The notes below the pieces were generated by a model that was not told where the DNA came from, did not search any database, and worked only from the letters and a program-made list of their open reading frames with translations. Position numbers and translations under genes: made by a program. Shown one piece after another: positions 45,929 through 54,852 of a stretch of DNA of 59,045 nucleotides. The stretch covers positions 1 through 59,045 of IMG/VR virus record IMGVR_UViG_3300027859_000017; one strand, written 5' to 3'. The DNA comes from a virus. Lineage: Duplodnaviria > Caudoviricetes. The stretch's first letter is position 1; each line of letters begins with the position of its first letter.

Positions 45929-48342
45929 AATAGCTTTCTTTGATAATTTATTTCATCTAATCTTTTCATTCTCATCCACTTGCCCTTTTGGTCTCTTCCC
46001 TCCTCTGGGGTTACACCTGTTTTATACCTCGCATAAGAAACCATCCACTTATTAAACCTAATTCTACTAATAGACATTTTTGCTCTTGGCCCGTAGTCTG
46101 GGTATTCGTCTATAAAATTAAAATAACAATCTTGAAAATGTATTCTGTGGTCTACCACCAATGCTGTATTTGGTTGGTTTCCATTTATCAATCCACACCA
46201 CTCTATAAAATCGTGACAGGTTTCTGCTGATAGTTGTCTTATTTTTAAGTTCACAAACTTGCTTTCAACCAGCCCGTTTGTCAAATAATCTTGCAAACAC
46301 CTTATCATGTAGTTGTCAAAATCACACCACTCATCATCATTCCAGTCTCCAAACATCAGCTTGCCAAATTCATCAAGTGGTGTAAAGTTTTTATTATAAT
46401 GCTGATGAAGTTCGAGCTCCCATTTTCTTCTAGCAAAAGAGTTTCCCGCACCTTTGATTGCATAGTTTGTGGTTATTGCTATCTTGGGGGATTTACTAAA
46501 AGGTATCTTAATCGCATCTTTGTTTTTCTTTTCTAATGTAAGTCCTTCTGTAACGACTGAGAACAATCTTTCAAAATCAAAATATTTTTTAACATCATCA
46601 AACACAAGTATCTGCGTGTCTGCCGAAACAAGCTGATACGCAAAAGACCTTTCAAACATAAAAGATTTACCATCAATTGTAACAATTTTTTTCATATGAG
46701 CTAAAGCCGTCATAAATAATCCCTTTCCTGTACCTCCCTCTGGGTTGTCCGATATTACCTCATCATTTAAAATTACGGCGGGACAATACGATAAGTTTTT
46801 GTATCCGTGCATTAAAAAACCTATGGTAGATTCCATTGACGACACTCTACTTTCTTCTTGGCCACATATGTTTTTTATAAAAGTTTGGTAATAACCGTCC
46901 TCTTGCACTCCACACAAATTAAAGTTTCTGTTTATTACATGGTCTTTCCAAACATATCCCCCTAAATCTAAATAATCTATGGGCACTATTTCGTTCTTGG
47001 TAATTTTTACTGCACAATTTTTATAATACAAGTAAGAAGTTTCTTTAGTGTCTTCAATAAAATAAATATCTATGGTTGATAACATAGACAAAAACTCTTC
47101 TTTAAAAAAACGAGTGTTGTCTGCAAAATAATTATAGATAGACATGTCATCGTCTTCAATTAAGTGGTTTAAAATAAAATCCTTTATTTGTTTTTCATCA
47201 GTATGGTCTATCAAGTTGTTAGTAACTTTCACGAACACATAGTTCTTGCCTCCTTCGGGGCAATATTTATAAAACCCATTGTCCTCTAAAAAATGTTTGA
47301 AAAGTATGTGTATAATTTTAATTACCCCTTTATCTGTTTTGCTCCAAAACTTTTCCTCTTGATTTTCTTCATCTAATCTTTTTAAAACTGAATCAATAGT
47401 TCTGTCTTCAACCTCTTCATCTTGTAGTTGTTGTTTGATTTCATTTTTAGAAGACCCTCGTTTCAATTTTACTTTTATGTTGTTCAGCCTGTCCTCATCC
47501 TCATAATATTTTGTGCCAAAATTTGCCGTGTTTGAGTAGGCCGAATCAATAGTTCGTGTTATCTCTACCTCATTAAAATCTTTTGTCTTATAGTTTGAAA
47601 GAACATAACCTGCTAATGATTTGTTTATCCCAAAGTCATTGAAAGCACTGGCTAACACGAAACAATTATTGTTTCTTTGTCCTTCTACCATTGGATATTT
47701 TTTCTTCCACCAAATTAAAAGTATATCTACAATCTTGTTTTCATCTGTAATTGGAATGGTTGGTAAATCTTTAATTATATGTTTCTCTTCATAATCTTTC
47801 TCTTCAATCTTATCCCAAACGCTTGAGTTTGCATTAATATAAAGCAATGGGTCGTAGCTTTCATAACAAACTCTTGATACATTTTTACAAGTCGGGTCAA
47901 AATGTGGGTTGTCAAAATGAGATTGCAATGAATTAAAATACTTTACATGATTATCTACATCTTGCGGTATCTTAACTAATACTTTAAGTCCTTTTCCTGA
48001 TGGAGATATAAACACCGAATACACATATGGGTTTTTTGTAAGCTGTTCTTTGTCTTGCAATAGTCCTTTGTTTTTTTCATATCCATCAAAATCTAAACAA
48101 ATAAATCCTGAATGATGCTGTATCGAACTATCGTTTCTTTTAGTGAATATTCCTGAAAAGCAAATAGCGGGTAAGTTTTTCTTCATCTCATTTCTCTCAT
48201 CTTTTCTCTTTTCGAGGCGGATACTTTTGACAAGTTCTTTGCTTGCTCCGTGTTTGATTCTCTCTAAAATACTATCCATTGTCCTGTGAAATGGAGTGTC
48301 TGTTTCTTTAATATTTTGAAATATTGTTATGTTTGGTGTCAT
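45925..48342 (-). CDS. Primase-helicase (VirE-N/BT4734-like + PriCT + P-loop)
   Basis: ICLDFD, FISPSGKGLKVLV, SRVCYESYDP, GQRNN (PriCT), GGTGKG Walker A, LVFDD Walker B. Confidence 0.85.
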   Translation of the reverse strand: MTPNITIFQNIKETDTPFHRTMDSILERIKHGASKELVKSIRLEKRKDERNEMKKNLPAICFSGIFTKRNDSSIQHHSGFICLDFDGYEKNKGLLQDKEQLTKNPYVYSVFISPSGKGLKVLVKIPQDVDNHVKYFNSLQSHFDNPHFDPTCKNVSRVCYESYDPLLYINANSSVWDKIEEKDYEEKHIIKDLPTIPITDENKIVDILLIWWKKKYPMVEGQRNNNCFVLASAFNDFGINKSLAGYVLSNYKTKDFNEVEITRTIDSAYSNTANFGTKYYEDEDRLNNIKVKLKRGSSKNEIKQQLQDEEVEDRTIDSVLKRLDEENQEEKFWSKTDKGVIKIIHILFKHFLEDNGFYKYCPEGGKNYVFVKVTNNLIDHTDEKQIKDFILNHLIEDDDMSIYNYFADNTRFFKEEFLSMLSTIDIYFIEDTKETSYLYYKNCAVKITKNEIVPIDYLDLGGYVWKDHVINRNFNLCGVQEDGYYQTFIKNICGQEESRVSSMESTIGFLMHGYKNLSYCPAVILNDEVISDNPEGGTGKGLFMTALAHMKKIVTIDGKSFMFERSFAYQLVSADTQILVFDDVKKYFDFERLFSVVTEGLTLEKKNKDAIKIPFSKSPKIAITTNYAIKGAGNSFARRKWELELHQHYNKNFTPLDEFGKLMFGDWNDDEWCDFDNYMIRCLQDYLTNGLVESKFVNLKIRQLSAETCHDFIEWCGLINGNQPNTALVVDHRIHFQDCYFNFIDEYPDYGPRAKMSISRIRFNKWMVSYARYKTGVTPEEGRDQKGKWMRMKRLDEINYQRKLL

Positions 48343-48346
48343 CTTG

Positions 48347-48500
48347 TGTTAGGTTTGTGTTAAGTTTATGTTATCAATCTCTTTGATTTTCAGTTAGTTG
48401 CACACTTTGTTAACTTTTCCTTATGTATGTAGGAAAAAAAAATAATATAATAGTAAATATATATATAGAATAGCTAAACAAAAAGTCAACATTTTTAGCA
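48347..48500. other. Candidate replication origin A
   Basis: 11-bp phased repeats TGTTAGGTTTG/TGTTAAGTTTA, IHF-like TTTCAGTTAGTTG, (TA)n tract; directly upstream of primase. Confidence 0.5.
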
Positions 48501-48502
48501 CT

Positions 48503-48533
48503 AAAAAAAGGGGAGTTTCCTCCCCTCTCTTTT
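48503..48533 (-). terminator. Intrinsic terminator after SSB-like gene
   Basis: AGGGGAG-TTTC-CTCCCCT hairpin with U-tract on - strand. Confidence 0.8.
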
Positions 48534-48545
48534 ACTTTAGTCAAC

Positions 48546-48830
48546 TTAAAATGGTAATCCATCTTTAGTTTCATGTGTTGTATTTTCAACTGAAGCTTCT
48601 ACCTTTGGTGTCGGCTCCCATGTATCTAATTCCATGTATAGATTACCAGACTTAGCAGTCTTAATATCTATGTTGACCCAACCTTTTTTTTTGTGCTCTT
48701 TAAGAAAGGCGACTGCTTCATCTACTTTAACACTCATGCTTCCTACTACAAAGTCGGGAGCATTTGGTTTTCTTTTGAAAGAGAATCCATCTGCAAAGAT
48801 TTTTTCCTCTTCTTGTACTTGATTATTCAT
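48546..48830 (-). CDS. Probable single-stranded DNA-binding protein
   Basis: Small beta-rich protein ending DGLPF; next to recombination genes. Confidence 0.65.
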   Translation of the reverse strand: MNNQVQEEEKIFADGFSFKRKPNAPDFVVGSMSVKVDEAVAFLKEHKKKGWVNIDIKTAKSGNLYMELDTWEPTPKVEASVENTTHETKDGLPF

Positions 48831-48831
48831 A

Positions 48832-48969
48832 TTATTTACTTATTATTAATTTTTGTTCCAATAATCTTAATGTTTCAGAAATGATTTGACTCTTTTCTTG
48901 TTGATTTTTACAAGTAGTTGGAACCTCCACTCGAAAAAAATCTTTCTTTTTTTTAAATAAGTTTATCAT
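48832..48969 (-). CDS. Small hypothetical protein (45 aa)
   Basis: MINLFKKKKDFFRVEVPTTCKNQQEKSQIISETLRLLEQKLIISK fills the gap exactly. Confidence 0.5.
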   Translation of the reverse strand: MINLFKKKKDFFRVEVPTTCKNQQEKSQIISETLRLLEQKLIISK

Positions 48970-49687
48970 ATATAAAATAGTTTTCTATATCTTCAGTCGG
49001 ATTATCTCCATAAAACTTTTGATATATTTCTATTGCTTTCTCTACCTTTTCCTCTCCTCTATCTATAAAGGATTGTTCTGGCTCAAACATGCCAACCATC
49101 TGAGTTAGTTTGTCCACCACATAAAAAACAAGTGGCCTGTCAAACAAACATTGATATATGTAACACTGACTATCGTAATTATATAATGTTGCTTTTCTTT
49201 TAAAGTCATTGATATTGCTTGATGATTTTAAATCAATAATTTGATTCTGGCCAAGTATATCCGCTTTGCCCTTCCACATTAGTCCTTTGATTTCTTTAAT
49301 CATCGGCACTTCATATTGGTTATCGGGCGAATATAATTCATCAAAAAAAATAATGTTACTATTAATTGCACTCACCCAAGAGTGAACATCATCAACCTCT
49401 TTTTGTAACAATGCTATTTCAATTCTGTGTTCTGCAATAAATTCCCTGTATGCTTTGTTGTTTCTTGTCGCCACATCAACCACTGGAAATTGTTTTGCTT
49501 TTTCGGGCTCTAAAATAAGCTGATGGAAAAATCTTCCAACCGCAAATTCTTTAGTGTCGGGACGAGACACTCCAAACTCTTTTGGATTTCTTAACAAAGT
49601 TCCTATGTCGGAGTTGGAAAGATAATTCTTCCCAACCCCATTATAATATTCGTTGTCGTCTAAAAGTTTCTCTAATATTTTTTTCAT
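48953..49687 (-). CDS. RecE/exonuclease VIII-like PD-(D/E)XK exonuclease
   Basis: YLSNS, GRFFH..ILEP, KGKAD...IIDLKS, YNYDSQ..IY. Confidence 0.85.
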   Translation of the reverse strand: MKKILEKLLDDNEYYNGVGKNYLSNSDIGTLLRNPKEFGVSRPDTKEFAVGRFFHQLILEPEKAKQFPVVDVATRNNKAYREFIAEHRIEIALLQKEVDDVHSWVSAINSNIIFFDELYSPDNQYEVPMIKEIKGLMWKGKADILGQNQIIDLKSSSNINDFKRKATLYNYDSQCYIYQCLFDRPLVFYVVDKLTQMVGMFEPEQSFIDRGEEKVEKAIEIYQKFYGDNPTEDIENYFIYDKLI

Positions 49688-50211
49688 GTCTTGATTACAT
49701 TAGAGATTTCTTTTTTCACATTTGCTTTTATCTTGTATTTCTTTTGAAGATTAGAAACAAGCTTTGCAATTCCCAAATTTTTATTTGCTACCACATAACT
49801 TAAAACTTTGTCCCAGTTTTCATCTCCAATATTTAAATCATAAACAGTTGTTGTTTGGGGTGCTTCTTGTTGTGCGATAGCATTGGCTACCTCGTTGGCT
49901 GAGGCTACTGAGGTGTCTAATCCAATACCAAAGTTTCCTAAAGCTCTACCCCAAGCTGAAGTCTCGCAATTTTCTACATAACTTGTTTTGTTTATAAAAG
50001 TACTTCCTTTACTTTCCTCTGCAAGTCCAGTAGCTATTGTTCTGCCTTCCTCATCTTTGATAATTGCTTTGATAAGAATCGTGGCGTCTGTCTTGTCTAA
50101 CACTTTGCTTTCAAGTGTGTATCTGTTGAAATATTTTCTGAAATGTTTTAGTCTTTCATGGACTTCAACATAGTCCTTTCCTTTTATGCTTATTGTTTTT
50201 AATTTATTCAT
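49684..50211 (-). CDS. Single-strand annealing recombinase (Rad52/Sak-like)
   Basis: GKDYVEVHERL...ENCETSAWGRAL...G.G; paired with exonuclease. Confidence 0.7.
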   Translation of the reverse strand: MNKLKTISIKGKDYVEVHERLKHFRKYFNRYTLESKVLDKTDATILIKAIIKDEEGRTIATGLAEESKGSTFINKTSYVENCETSAWGRALGNFGIGLDTSVASANEVANAIAQQEAPQTTTVYDLNIGDENWDKVLSYVVANKNLGIAKLVSNLQKKYKIKANVKKEISNVIKT

Positions 50212-50609
50212 AATTTTAGTAGTTTATCGGTTATTAATTTATATTTATTCATCAATCTTTCTCTTGAGTTTTTTAAAGATTGTATTTGTTTTGGATTTTT
50301 TTTACCGTTCATTTCTAATTTTATTGAAACTTCAATTCTTTTTAGTTTGATTTTATAGTTGTCAAGCGCAAGCATATAGCACCCATGCCTCCAACCGCCC
50401 TCAAAAAAAGCAAGTAGTTGATTCTCGGTTAGCTTTTTATAGTGATGACCACCCAAAGCGGTGTTAAAAATACTTGTTTCTCCTGTGTTATTATCTTTAA
50501 GTATTTTACAACCGAACACCATTCTTGCTTTATATTCTGGTCCGTTTAAGTTGACTGCGTAAGGGTCTTGTACCGCTTGTTCAAATATATCTTTCATTCT
50601 GTATTCCAT
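50208..50609 (-). CDS. Hypothetical protein
   Basis: 133-aa ORF coupled to neighbours. Confidence 0.65.
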   Translation of the reverse strand: MEYRMKDIFEQAVQDPYAVNLNGPEYKARMVFGCKILKDNNTGETSIFNTALGGHHYKKLTENQLLAFFEGGWRHGCYMLALDNYKIKLKRIEVSIKLEMNGKKNPKQIQSLKNSRERLMNKYKLITDKLLKL

Positions 50610-50917
50610 TAAAACATATCTTGAGTTTCTAATAGTATGTCTGATATTATATTGCTATAATCCCCATCTTCTACTATTTTTCTTTCTACCTGAGCAATTC
50701 CATGTAAGATGGAAGAGTGGCCCACATCATAACCATTCCCCGACATATAGTCTTGAATGTATCTTAATCTCATAGGCCTCGTATAACACAGGTAGTATAA
50801 CAAATGTCTTGCGTCTACGACTTTTCTTTTTTTAGTTTTGTCAAATAACTCGTCTGTATCTATACCGAAAAGATTAGTTACTTTTACTACATACTGATTG
50901 AATATTCTTATTTTCAT
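50609..50917 (-). CDS. DnaA C-terminal (domain IV)-like DNA-binding protein
   Basis: FGI..DEL...KKRKVVDARH...YL...HSSILHG. Confidence 0.75.
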   Translation of the reverse strand: MKIRIFNQYVVKVTNLFGIDTDELFDKTKKRKVVDARHLLYYLCYTRPMRLRYIQDYMSGNGYDVGHSSILHGIAQVERKIVEDGDYSNIISDILLETQDMF

Positions 50918-51049
50918 TTTGTTTATTTTGATAATGTTTAAATTGTTTTTGACCTTTTAACATACCATCGTACATGTCGGTCATAAGTTTCTGTAAAGTT
51001 TGTTTGTGCATAGTAAATGTTTGGTTTGATAAATTTATAAAATGTTTAA

Positions 51050-51388
51050 CTATTGTCCAAATTTTACTTGGTCTTTTTTCTTAATAATTTTAGCTCTTAT
51101 CTTATCGTTTTCTTTTTCCATCTCAACTTTTAGTAAGATGAAGTATCCAATTAAATCTTTTATGGTGTCCTCGCTTGAGGCAACACCACTGCACTTGTTT
51201 ATGCCTAAAGTTTTTATGCGGGACAATTTGTCATCTATTCTTGCGCACAAACCCTCTGTTGCGTTTAGTTTTGAAAAGATGTGCGGAGGGTTGTTTGCGG
51301 TGTCTCCATAATTTTTGTTCTTCTCTAACAAAAGCAACACAACATCTCGTGCCACTTGTTTTATATATTCTTCTGTTGTTTTTTTCAT
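51050..51388 (-). CDS. DUF1599/Nmad1-like protein
   Basis: LLEKNKNYGD...RIDDKLSRI...EDTIKDLIGY. Confidence 0.7.
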   Translation of the reverse strand: MKKTTEEYIKQVARDVVLLLLEKNKNYGDTANNPPHIFSKLNATEGLCARIDDKLSRIKTLGINKCSGVASSEDTIKDLIGYFILLKVEMEKENDKIRAKIIKKKDQVKFGQ

Positions 51389-51735
51389 ACCCCTAACATC
51401 TTATATGTTGTGTAATACAAGTCGCTCTCTAACATTTTAAAATCACTTGTTTCCATTTGGTCTTTTCCATAATCTAAATACCAATTTCCACTTTCCAACA
51501 TTTCAATTTTTAGTCCACCAATGTAGCACATCACTGCCACACATTTTTTGTGCAGTGGCACATCTTTAAACCAGTTCTCATATTCCTCTCGGGTTAACAA
51601 TCTCCCAGTGTCTTTAAAGACACTTATTGATAGGGGCTTTTGATTGTCTGCGTATCTCAGCAGTCTGCCGATATAATGTCTATCGGGTTTGGGGCGAAGC
51701 TTTTCTGCTTCTACTTCTGTTGTAAATATATTCAT
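51385..51735 (-). CDS. Hypothetical protein
   Basis: 116-aa ORF containing a palindrome copy. Confidence 0.65.
   Translation of the reverse strand: MNIFTTEVEAEKLRPKPDRHYIGRLLRYADNQKPLSISVFKDTGRLLTREEYENWFKDVPLHKKCVAVMCYIGGLKIEMLESGNWYLDYGKDQMETSDFKMLESDLYYTTYKMLGV
51608..51623. repeat. 16-bp palindrome inside CDS
   Basis: Exact copy, extends to 18 bp (A...T); reads VFKDT. Confidence 0.9.
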
Positions 51736-51751
51736 AGTTTTAGTTTTAAAA

Positions 51752-51794
51752 AAGCGGTTTGTTTTTTAAGAGTAACCACCTAACGAAAGCTCTT
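51752..51794 (-). ncRNA. Candidate H-type pseudoknot in intergenic leader
   Basis: S1 AAGAG/CUCUU, S2 AGGUGGUU/AACCGCUU, U-rich L1, A-rich L3; G-U pairs work only on - strand. Confidence 0.45.
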
Positions 51795-51802
51795 GCGTTT
51801 TT

Positions 51803-52096
51803 TTATATGTCTCTAAGTGTTTTTATTGAGGAAAATGTAATGTTCGACATATGATTAAATGCCTGTCCCTCAATATATTCGTTTATGTCTTGCTTTATAT
51901 TCAGTTCATAAATTCTCTTTATGTCATTTAATATCTCTATGTAATCTTTTTCATCAAACGAATATCCTTTGCTATCGCATATGTTTTTTACATCTTGAAT
52001 AGTTATTGTGAAACTTATTTCTATCATAGTTTTAAGTCGGATACTCGTACATACCAGTACCCATTGTTTAAGATTTTTTTTGCTTGGTGAAACCAA
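51803..52096 (-). CDS. Hypothetical protein (probable start MIEISF)
   Basis: ORF in early operon. Confidence 0.6.
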   Translation of the reverse strand: MVSPSKKNLKQWVLVCTSIRLKTMIEISFTITIQDVKNICDSKGYSFDEKDYIEILNDIKRIYELNIKQDINEYIEGQAFNHMSNITFSSIKTLRDI

Positions 52097-52371
52097 TTTT
52101 CTTTCTTTTGTTTGCCCACATATATGAGCACTTTTAAGTTCAAAGAAATTGCTTCAATTACTTCTTCAACAAACTCTACTTCCTGGTAGGTGTTGTCGTC
52201 ATACAGGACAAACAATCTAAAGTTGTTCATAATCTCTTGTATATAAGTTTGTCCCTGCTGACATTGTTTGGTTGTGTCTAACCAAATGCTATCGTTAAGT
52301 TTTATCATGTTGTTCATTTCTTTTTGACTTTCATGTTTTGTTCCATAAAGATTCTTATTTTTCTTTTCCAC
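52024..52371 (-). CDS. Hypothetical protein
   Basis: 115-aa ORF in early operon. Confidence 0.6.
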   Translation of the reverse strand: MEKKNKNLYGTKHESQKEMNNMIKLNDSIWLDTTKQCQQGQTYIQEIMNNFRLFVLYDDNTYQEVEFVEEVIEAISLNLKVLIYVGKQKKENWFHQAKKILNNGYWYVRVSDLKL

Positions 52372-52537
52372 TTAACCTTTTCTTTATCGTTTTCTACATA
52401 TTCGGGAAAACAAAACCAATACTTTGGCTCTTTTTTGAAAAAATTTCTGATGATATATCCTATTGCTTTCATAGTGTTATGTTTGGTTTATACCAATGTA
52501 CGACAATATTTAGACAATTCCAAATTTAGTTGTGGGT

Positions 52538-52807
52538 TTAGAAAATATTTCCATCTGCGTACCCGCTTGCTTCGGCATCTATAATCGGGTGCACTCTGTT
52601 TATGTAGTCCCTATATTTTTTATACCACTCGAGCTGTTGATTTCCATTTCTTAATCGTGGTGCAAAACCTGTTTTCTTATGCTTGTATATCAGGTTACCT
52701 TCCCAGTTTATTATATGATAGTCATTCCCCTCTACTTTATCGTGGGTTCTTTTTGCTTCTGTATCAAATAATTGTTCTACTAATTTTTTTAATTTATTTT
52801 TTTCCAT
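52538..52807 (-). CDS. Hypothetical protein
   Basis: 89-aa ORF in early operon. Confidence 0.65.
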   Translation of the reverse strand: MEKNKLKKLVEQLFDTEAKRTHDKVEGNDYHIINWEGNLIYKHKKTGFAPRLRNGNQQLEWYKKYRDYINRVHPIIDAEASGYADGNIF

Positions 52808-52808
52808 A

Positions 52809-52994
52809 TTACATTCTTAATTTTATTTGTTCATAAACTTTATTAGAAATATTTTCGTATTCCTCAGCTTCTAACTCATGACCAAAATCTTCAAATATTC
52901 TGGGCATTATCATTTGCTCTGACATATAATCTATTATGCCATCAGCAAGTTCTATTATTTTTTCTCTTTGTTTCATTTTAGATTTATTTTTCAT
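52809..52994 (-). CDS. Hypothetical protein
   Basis: 61-aa ORF in early operon. Confidence 0.6.
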   Translation of the reverse strand: MKNKSKMKQREKIIELADGIIDYMSEQMIMPRIFEDFGHELEAEEYENISNKVYEQIKLRM

Positions 52995-52999
52995 AATTT

Positions 53000-54124
53000 T
53001 TAATATTTAAATGTTTTGTGATACTTCTCTCCTTTTGATTGTTCTGTTATGTTAAAGTAAATCCAACACTTTTTTGCACCTCCATTCAAAAGTATGTTTA
53101 TTTCTTTTCGTCTGTACCATGTCGGGTGGTTTTCCAAAGCGTCTAAACTTTCTAAGGTTGGCATATCTACATTGAACACATCTACTTCTACATTGTGCCC
53201 TTTGCCTTTCTCATTCAAAAGAAATGGCAACCCCTTAACAATTAAGGGGTACCTGTCTTGAGTCGTTCCGCTACCGACAAACTCTTGGTCTTGCAAAAAA
53301 TTTCGGTGGTTTCCAAACCCTCTTTTCAAAGTTCCATACACTGCAACAAGTTCTTTGTTGCCCTCGTACTTCGGTGTATCAAATTGTGTAAAATCCATTA
53401 CTTGTTCCTTAGAAAAACTTTTATCACAACTTACACAATAGTATTTGTTCTCGGACAACTCGCTTGCATCATACATCAAATCGTTGGTGCACTGAACACA
53501 GACATTGCTTTCATTTTTCCAATCAAACTCGTCTTCAAATTCATTATGGTTTTCAAAAACAAATTCACTTGGGGCACTGGTACCAACTCCTACATTACCC
53601 GCCCACCTCGAAATATAACTCGGTGTCTTGTAGGTTGTGAACACATTGTCTTTAGAGTACCAAACTTTATCTTTGTGTGTCCAAAGGTGCTTGTTGTATA
53701 TTTGGAAAGTTCTGTTTCTTGTGTTAATGGTTGCAAACCTAACCAAAGAATACTGAGCAAGTTTTTGTTTCCAAATATGTCTTTCAATCTTACCCAACTT
53801 AATGGCTAAATCTTGAGTGTCGGTCATGTTCTTGTTTCCCAACTCGCTAATAGTTCCGTTCATCATGAGCAGTTCGTTGTGCTTCTTACCACATTTAAAT
53901 GGGTGCGTGTTTTCTTTACATATTTTTCCAATCGTTGCGTATCTAAAATGAGCAATGAAGGGTCTTGTTGTATTTAGTTTTTTGTAATCTTTAGATTCAT
54001 GATAAGATACTTTGAAAGTATCCAACCATACTATCCCCAATCCATGAGGATTTTTCCTCGCTGAATTTTTCAGGACTTGTTGCGAAATCTTGTTTCGCTT
54101 TTGTTTTATTATTATTATACACAT
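53000..54124 (-). CDS. Class II glutamine amidotransferase + Zn ribbon + gamma-glutamylcyclotransferase fusion
   Basis: N-terminal MC, NPHGLG, AHFRYAT, NTHPF, MNG, TDT; CVQC/CVSC; VAVYGTLKRG..NH, LDALE..P.WYRR. Confidence 0.85.
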   Translation of the reverse strand: MCIIIIKQKRNKISQQVLKNSARKNPHGLGIVWLDTFKVSYHESKDYKKLNTTRPFIAHFRYATIGKICKENTHPFKCGKKHNELLMMNGTISELGNKNMTDTQDLAIKLGKIERHIWKQKLAQYSLVRFATINTRNRTFQIYNKHLWTHKDKVWYSKDNVFTTYKTPSYISRWAGNVGVGTSAPSEFVFENHNEFEDEFDWKNESNVCVQCTNDLMYDASELSENKYYCVSCDKSFSKEQVMDFTQFDTPKYEGNKELVAVYGTLKRGFGNHRNFLQDQEFVGSGTTQDRYPLIVKGLPFLLNEKGKGHNVEVDVFNVDMPTLESLDALENHPTWYRRKEINILLNGGAKKCWIYFNITEQSKGEKYHKTFKY

Positions 54125-54146
54125 TTGTTTTAAGTATTTAAGTGGG

Positions 54147-54162
54147 GTGTCTTTGAAGACAC
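54147..54162. repeat. Palindrome variant GTGTCTTTGAAGACAC in 5' leader
   Basis: One central mismatch; between promoter 54189-54220 and ATG 54124. Confidence 0.85.
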
Positions 54163-54188
54163 TACCCTAAGGTTAAACATAATTTAAA

Positions 54189-54220
54189 CAAAGGTACGAC
54201 ATTCTATCGACATATACAAA
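54189..54220 (-). promoter_or_regulatory. Consensus Bacteroidota sigma promoter
   Basis: TTTG-N20-TACCTTTG on - strand. Confidence 0.85.
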
Positions 54221-54234
54221 TACCTCTGTTGCTT

Positions 54235-54292
54235 GATAATGAGGGCGGAAACTAATCCACCCTTTCGAGTACACAACTCTCATCAGATTATC
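54235..54292 (-). ncRNA. Type I hammerhead ribozyme (downstream of phosphatase)
   Basis: GAUAAU CUGAUGA GAGU-UGUGU-ACUC GAAA GGGUGGA-UUAGUU-UCCGCCC UC/AUUAUC; full core, three stems, CUC cleavage site at 54241/54240. Confidence 0.9.
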
Positions 54293-54314
54293 TATTGCGA
54301 AATATTCTTTCGCA

Positions 54315-54836
54315 TTAAAAGTTTCCTTCTGCAACTTGAAAACATTTTAATCCCCTGCTTCGCCACATCTTAACGACTTTATCCCTGTCATCAAAGACGC
54401 ACACAATTCTGTGCATAGCAAAACTTGGGTCGTCCCATTCATCAGTAATTTCTTGCTCTTGCTCTATGAGTGCGTCCAACCATTCCTCTTTTAAAACATC
54501 ATCGGGTTTCATCAACTGGCTTGTGGGTCTCATCTTTATGTCGTCATAATATATGTTGTACTTCTCCAACCACTGCTCAGTGGCTTCTTGCGTTCCCGCT
54601 GAACGACCGCTAAATATTATTATTCGGTAATCTTTCCACAAGTGCTTCGCAATTTCTACCACTGCATGATTTGGCCTGTCAAGTTTGATATTGTTCGGGT
54701 CATAGAATTTGTCCCAATCAATCTTGCCATCTGGCTTACTGGATACTTCCCTTCTTTTGCTTATATCGGCAAGTGTTCCATCTAAGTCAAATATTATTAC
54801 TTTATTGTGTTTTCTATTTAAGTGTTTTAGATTCAT
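54315..54836 (-). CDS. HAD-family polynucleotide 3'-phosphatase (T4 Pnkp C-terminal domain-like)
   Basis: IFDLDGTLA, FSGR, MRP...KPDDVLKEE, FDDRDKVVKMWRSRGLKCFQVAEGNF closely parallels the T4 Pnkp C-terminus; no kinase domain. Confidence 0.88.
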   Translation of the reverse strand: MNLKHLNRKHNKVIIFDLDGTLADISKRREVSSKPDGKIDWDKFYDPNNIKLDRPNHAVVEIAKHLWKDYRIIIFSGRSAGTQEATEQWLEKYNIYYDDIKMRPTSQLMKPDDVLKEEWLDALIEQEQEITDEWDDPSFAMHRIVCVFDDRDKVVKMWRSRGLKCFQVAEGNF

Positions 54837-54852
54837 AATTATTATTTTAATT

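Noticed and set aside
53258-53809. 183-aa + strand ORF and the many other antisense ORFs in the track
   Set aside because: They shadow well-supported genes on the opposite strand and have no recognisable motifs
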